A stretch of 64,000 nt of DNA. Origin: Octopus sinensis. Lineage: Eukaryota. The notes under the pieces were generated by a model that saw nothing but the letters and a program-made list of their open reading frames with translations, had not been told where the DNA came from and searched no databases. Where the stretch lies: the NCBI RefSeq assembly GCF_006345805.1, contig NC_042997.1, positions 61,752,001-61,816,000 on the forward strand. The letters are read 5' to 3'. A program made the position numbers and the translations under genes. Each line of letters begins with the position of its first letter. The first letter of the stretch is position 1. Below are positions 61,794 through 64,000 of this stretch, in pieces.

Positions 61794-63529
61794 GAAGCTA
61801 GTTTCTTACCACACAGTCACTATTAATAATGGTTTCAAACTTTTTCACAAGGCTAGCAATTTCAAATGAGTAGCAAAGTTGACTACATTGACCATGTTCA
61901 ACAGATACTTATTTCATCAGCCTCAAAAGGATGAAAGGCAAAGTTGATCTTGATGGAACTTGAACTCAGAACACAAGGATGGATGAAATATCACTAAGCA
62001 TTTTGCCCAGCATGCTAACAATTCCACTGGCTTACCACCTGATACTTATTTCATCCTGAAAGGATGAAAGGCAAAGTCAACCATGGCAGAATTTGAATTC
62101 AGAACATGAAGACTGATGAAATGCCGCCAAACATTTCACCTGGTGTGCTGATGATTCTGCCAGCTTGGCACCTTTAGTAGACTATTAATAATAAAACAAG
62201 TGAAATAGAACCAGTGAGTGTATGTGTTTGTGTGTGTGTGAGAGTGAATGTGTATGTGCGTGAGTTTGTGTGTGTGTGTGTGTGCATGTGTATGAGAGTG
62301 TCTGAGTATGTATGCATGTGTGTGTGCATGTCTGTGTCTCTTTCTCTTGACATTGCATGATAGTTGTACATGATTGTTACTGTCATACAAGCTGTATTAT
62401 TCATTTCCAATATTCTGTAAGAACATATCTGGCTATGGGGGAAATATCACCTTGCCTGGAAACAGGTGAGGATTGTCGAGAGGAAGGGCATTTGGTTATA
62501 GAAAACCTGTCTCGAATGAATATATTCCATCCAACTCATGCCTGCATGGAAAGGTGGACACTGAATGATGATGATGATGATAGCGAAGGTGAAACCACAA
62601 AATATTTTGCGATGTATAATTACAACAAAGCATTTTGTCTGCTGCTTGTAATAAATCTTCCCCTTCACTATTTTACATGATTTGATTTAATAATACTTTA
62701 TGCTATAGGCAACACTAACCAAAACCTCTACTACACTTACTAAAACAACAACCACTAACACTACCACCACCACCAGCAGCAGCAACAGAACCAGTGCATG
62801 CTCCTCTGTAACTAATACCACTAACACTATGAATTGACAATAGGATAAAATCGTGGGTTCTGATTTATTTTTATCCTAGAAAGGAAATCTTCAGTAATTT
62901 ATGTGATTGTTAAGCAATCAGACAGAACTAACATTGCAGATGAACAGTTAAGTTTGTAACAAAAGATTTATTATCATTAAAATGAAACAATGATTGATTA
63001 TTAACTGTAGATGAAACAATAAATAATTCTGTTTATCTGTCTTGACCTAGAGAAGACCTTTACTTTGCATTTACTTTCAAGAAATCAAAATGTGAATGAA
63101 AGGATTGTGAAAGCTGTTCTGTAACATAGATAAGGCCAAGATGGATTTGTGCAGTGAGGAGTTGACCTTACATAAATCATCTCTCTATAATCCTTTCTAC
63201 CATAGACACAAGGCTGGCAATTTTAGGAGAGGGGGACATGTTGATTACATTGACCCCACTCCCAACACACACACTCAGTACTCACCTGATACTTATTTCA
63301 TTGGGCTCAAAAGGATGAAAGGTAAAGTTAACCCTGGTAGAATTTGAACTCAGAACTTAAAGGTACAAAAAATGCCACTAAACATTTTGTTTGACTTGCT
63401 AATAATTCTGCCATCTTGTCATCTTCATCATCTCTATATCATAATAGATTCAGTTTCCCACAAGGCCAACAGTTCTCAGGGTAGAGGTAAGTCGATTACA
63501 CTGACTCCAGTGCTCAACTGGTACTTATT

Positions 63530-64000
63530 TCAGTTCTATATTTAAGAGATGAGGAATCATGTACATTATTTATATTTGATGGATATTTTGTCATCTTGTT
63601 TGTTGTTAACATGTTTTGGCTGATATACCCTCTAGCCTCCATCATGTGTCTTGGGGAAATTTCGAACCTGGGTTCTCATTCCTAAGGTATTTTTCGATGT
63701 TATTATTATTAGTAGTATTTTATGTTTAACTTTTGCTTTACATTTGTACAAGTTGGCTCCGTGTCTCACCCAGAGACCTCAAGAGACAAGTTGGAAGTTC
63801 ATGTTGGTGTTATGCCTAGGGTGCCATATTTTTGGTTTTGTACATAGTGTTGTTCTTGAGAATGTTTAAGAAACCATAAGAAAATTGTGTTTGTTTTAAA
63901 ACTTGAGACTACATAGAAAGTATTTTGAGTAGGATATGGGCAGTTCCCATGAACACTATCTTTTGAATTTCTGCCATTTTGGGGTTTCCTGGTATCTGAG
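63530..64000 (-). mobile_element. Dong-like 3' end (GTAHILLKILSM*) adjoining a PLE-like repeat with a decayed hammerhead
   Basis: Minus strand ggaactgcccatatcctactcaaaatactttctatgtag; acacatgatggaggctagagggtatatcagccaaaacatgtt at 63607-63650. Confidence 0.55.

Overview
AT-rich eukaryotic DNA, dense in microsatellites and made almost entirely of transposable-element relics. I infer a coleoid cephalopod (Octopus-like) source from the SINE families and the repeat load; this is not confirmed. I found no convincing host gene, rRNA, tRNA gene or CRISPR array, and nearly all ORFs in the track are translations of microsatellites or SINEs. Non-LTR retroelements present: Dong/R4-type RLE LINEs (including a head-to-tail train inside (TAA)n), Tx1/L1, CR1/L2 and RTE fragments, Penelope-like elements (PLEs) of at least two lineages, and three tRNA-head SINE families. 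DNA elements present: a full-length mariner, Tc1 and maT/DD37D relics, a Chapaev3-like fossil, and an AcademX-like transposase-XPG-Cys-rich fossil that the ORF track does not reveal. There are also several MITE/foldback elements. The most notable signals are the AcademX-like fossil, hammerhead-ribozyme motifs in PLE-derived repeats, a 116-bp near-perfect palindrome, a nested ~1.1-kb foldback, a 746-bp-period tandem repeat, and several local direct and inverted duplications. All family names come from motif recognition by eye, not database searches, and most boundaries are approximate.
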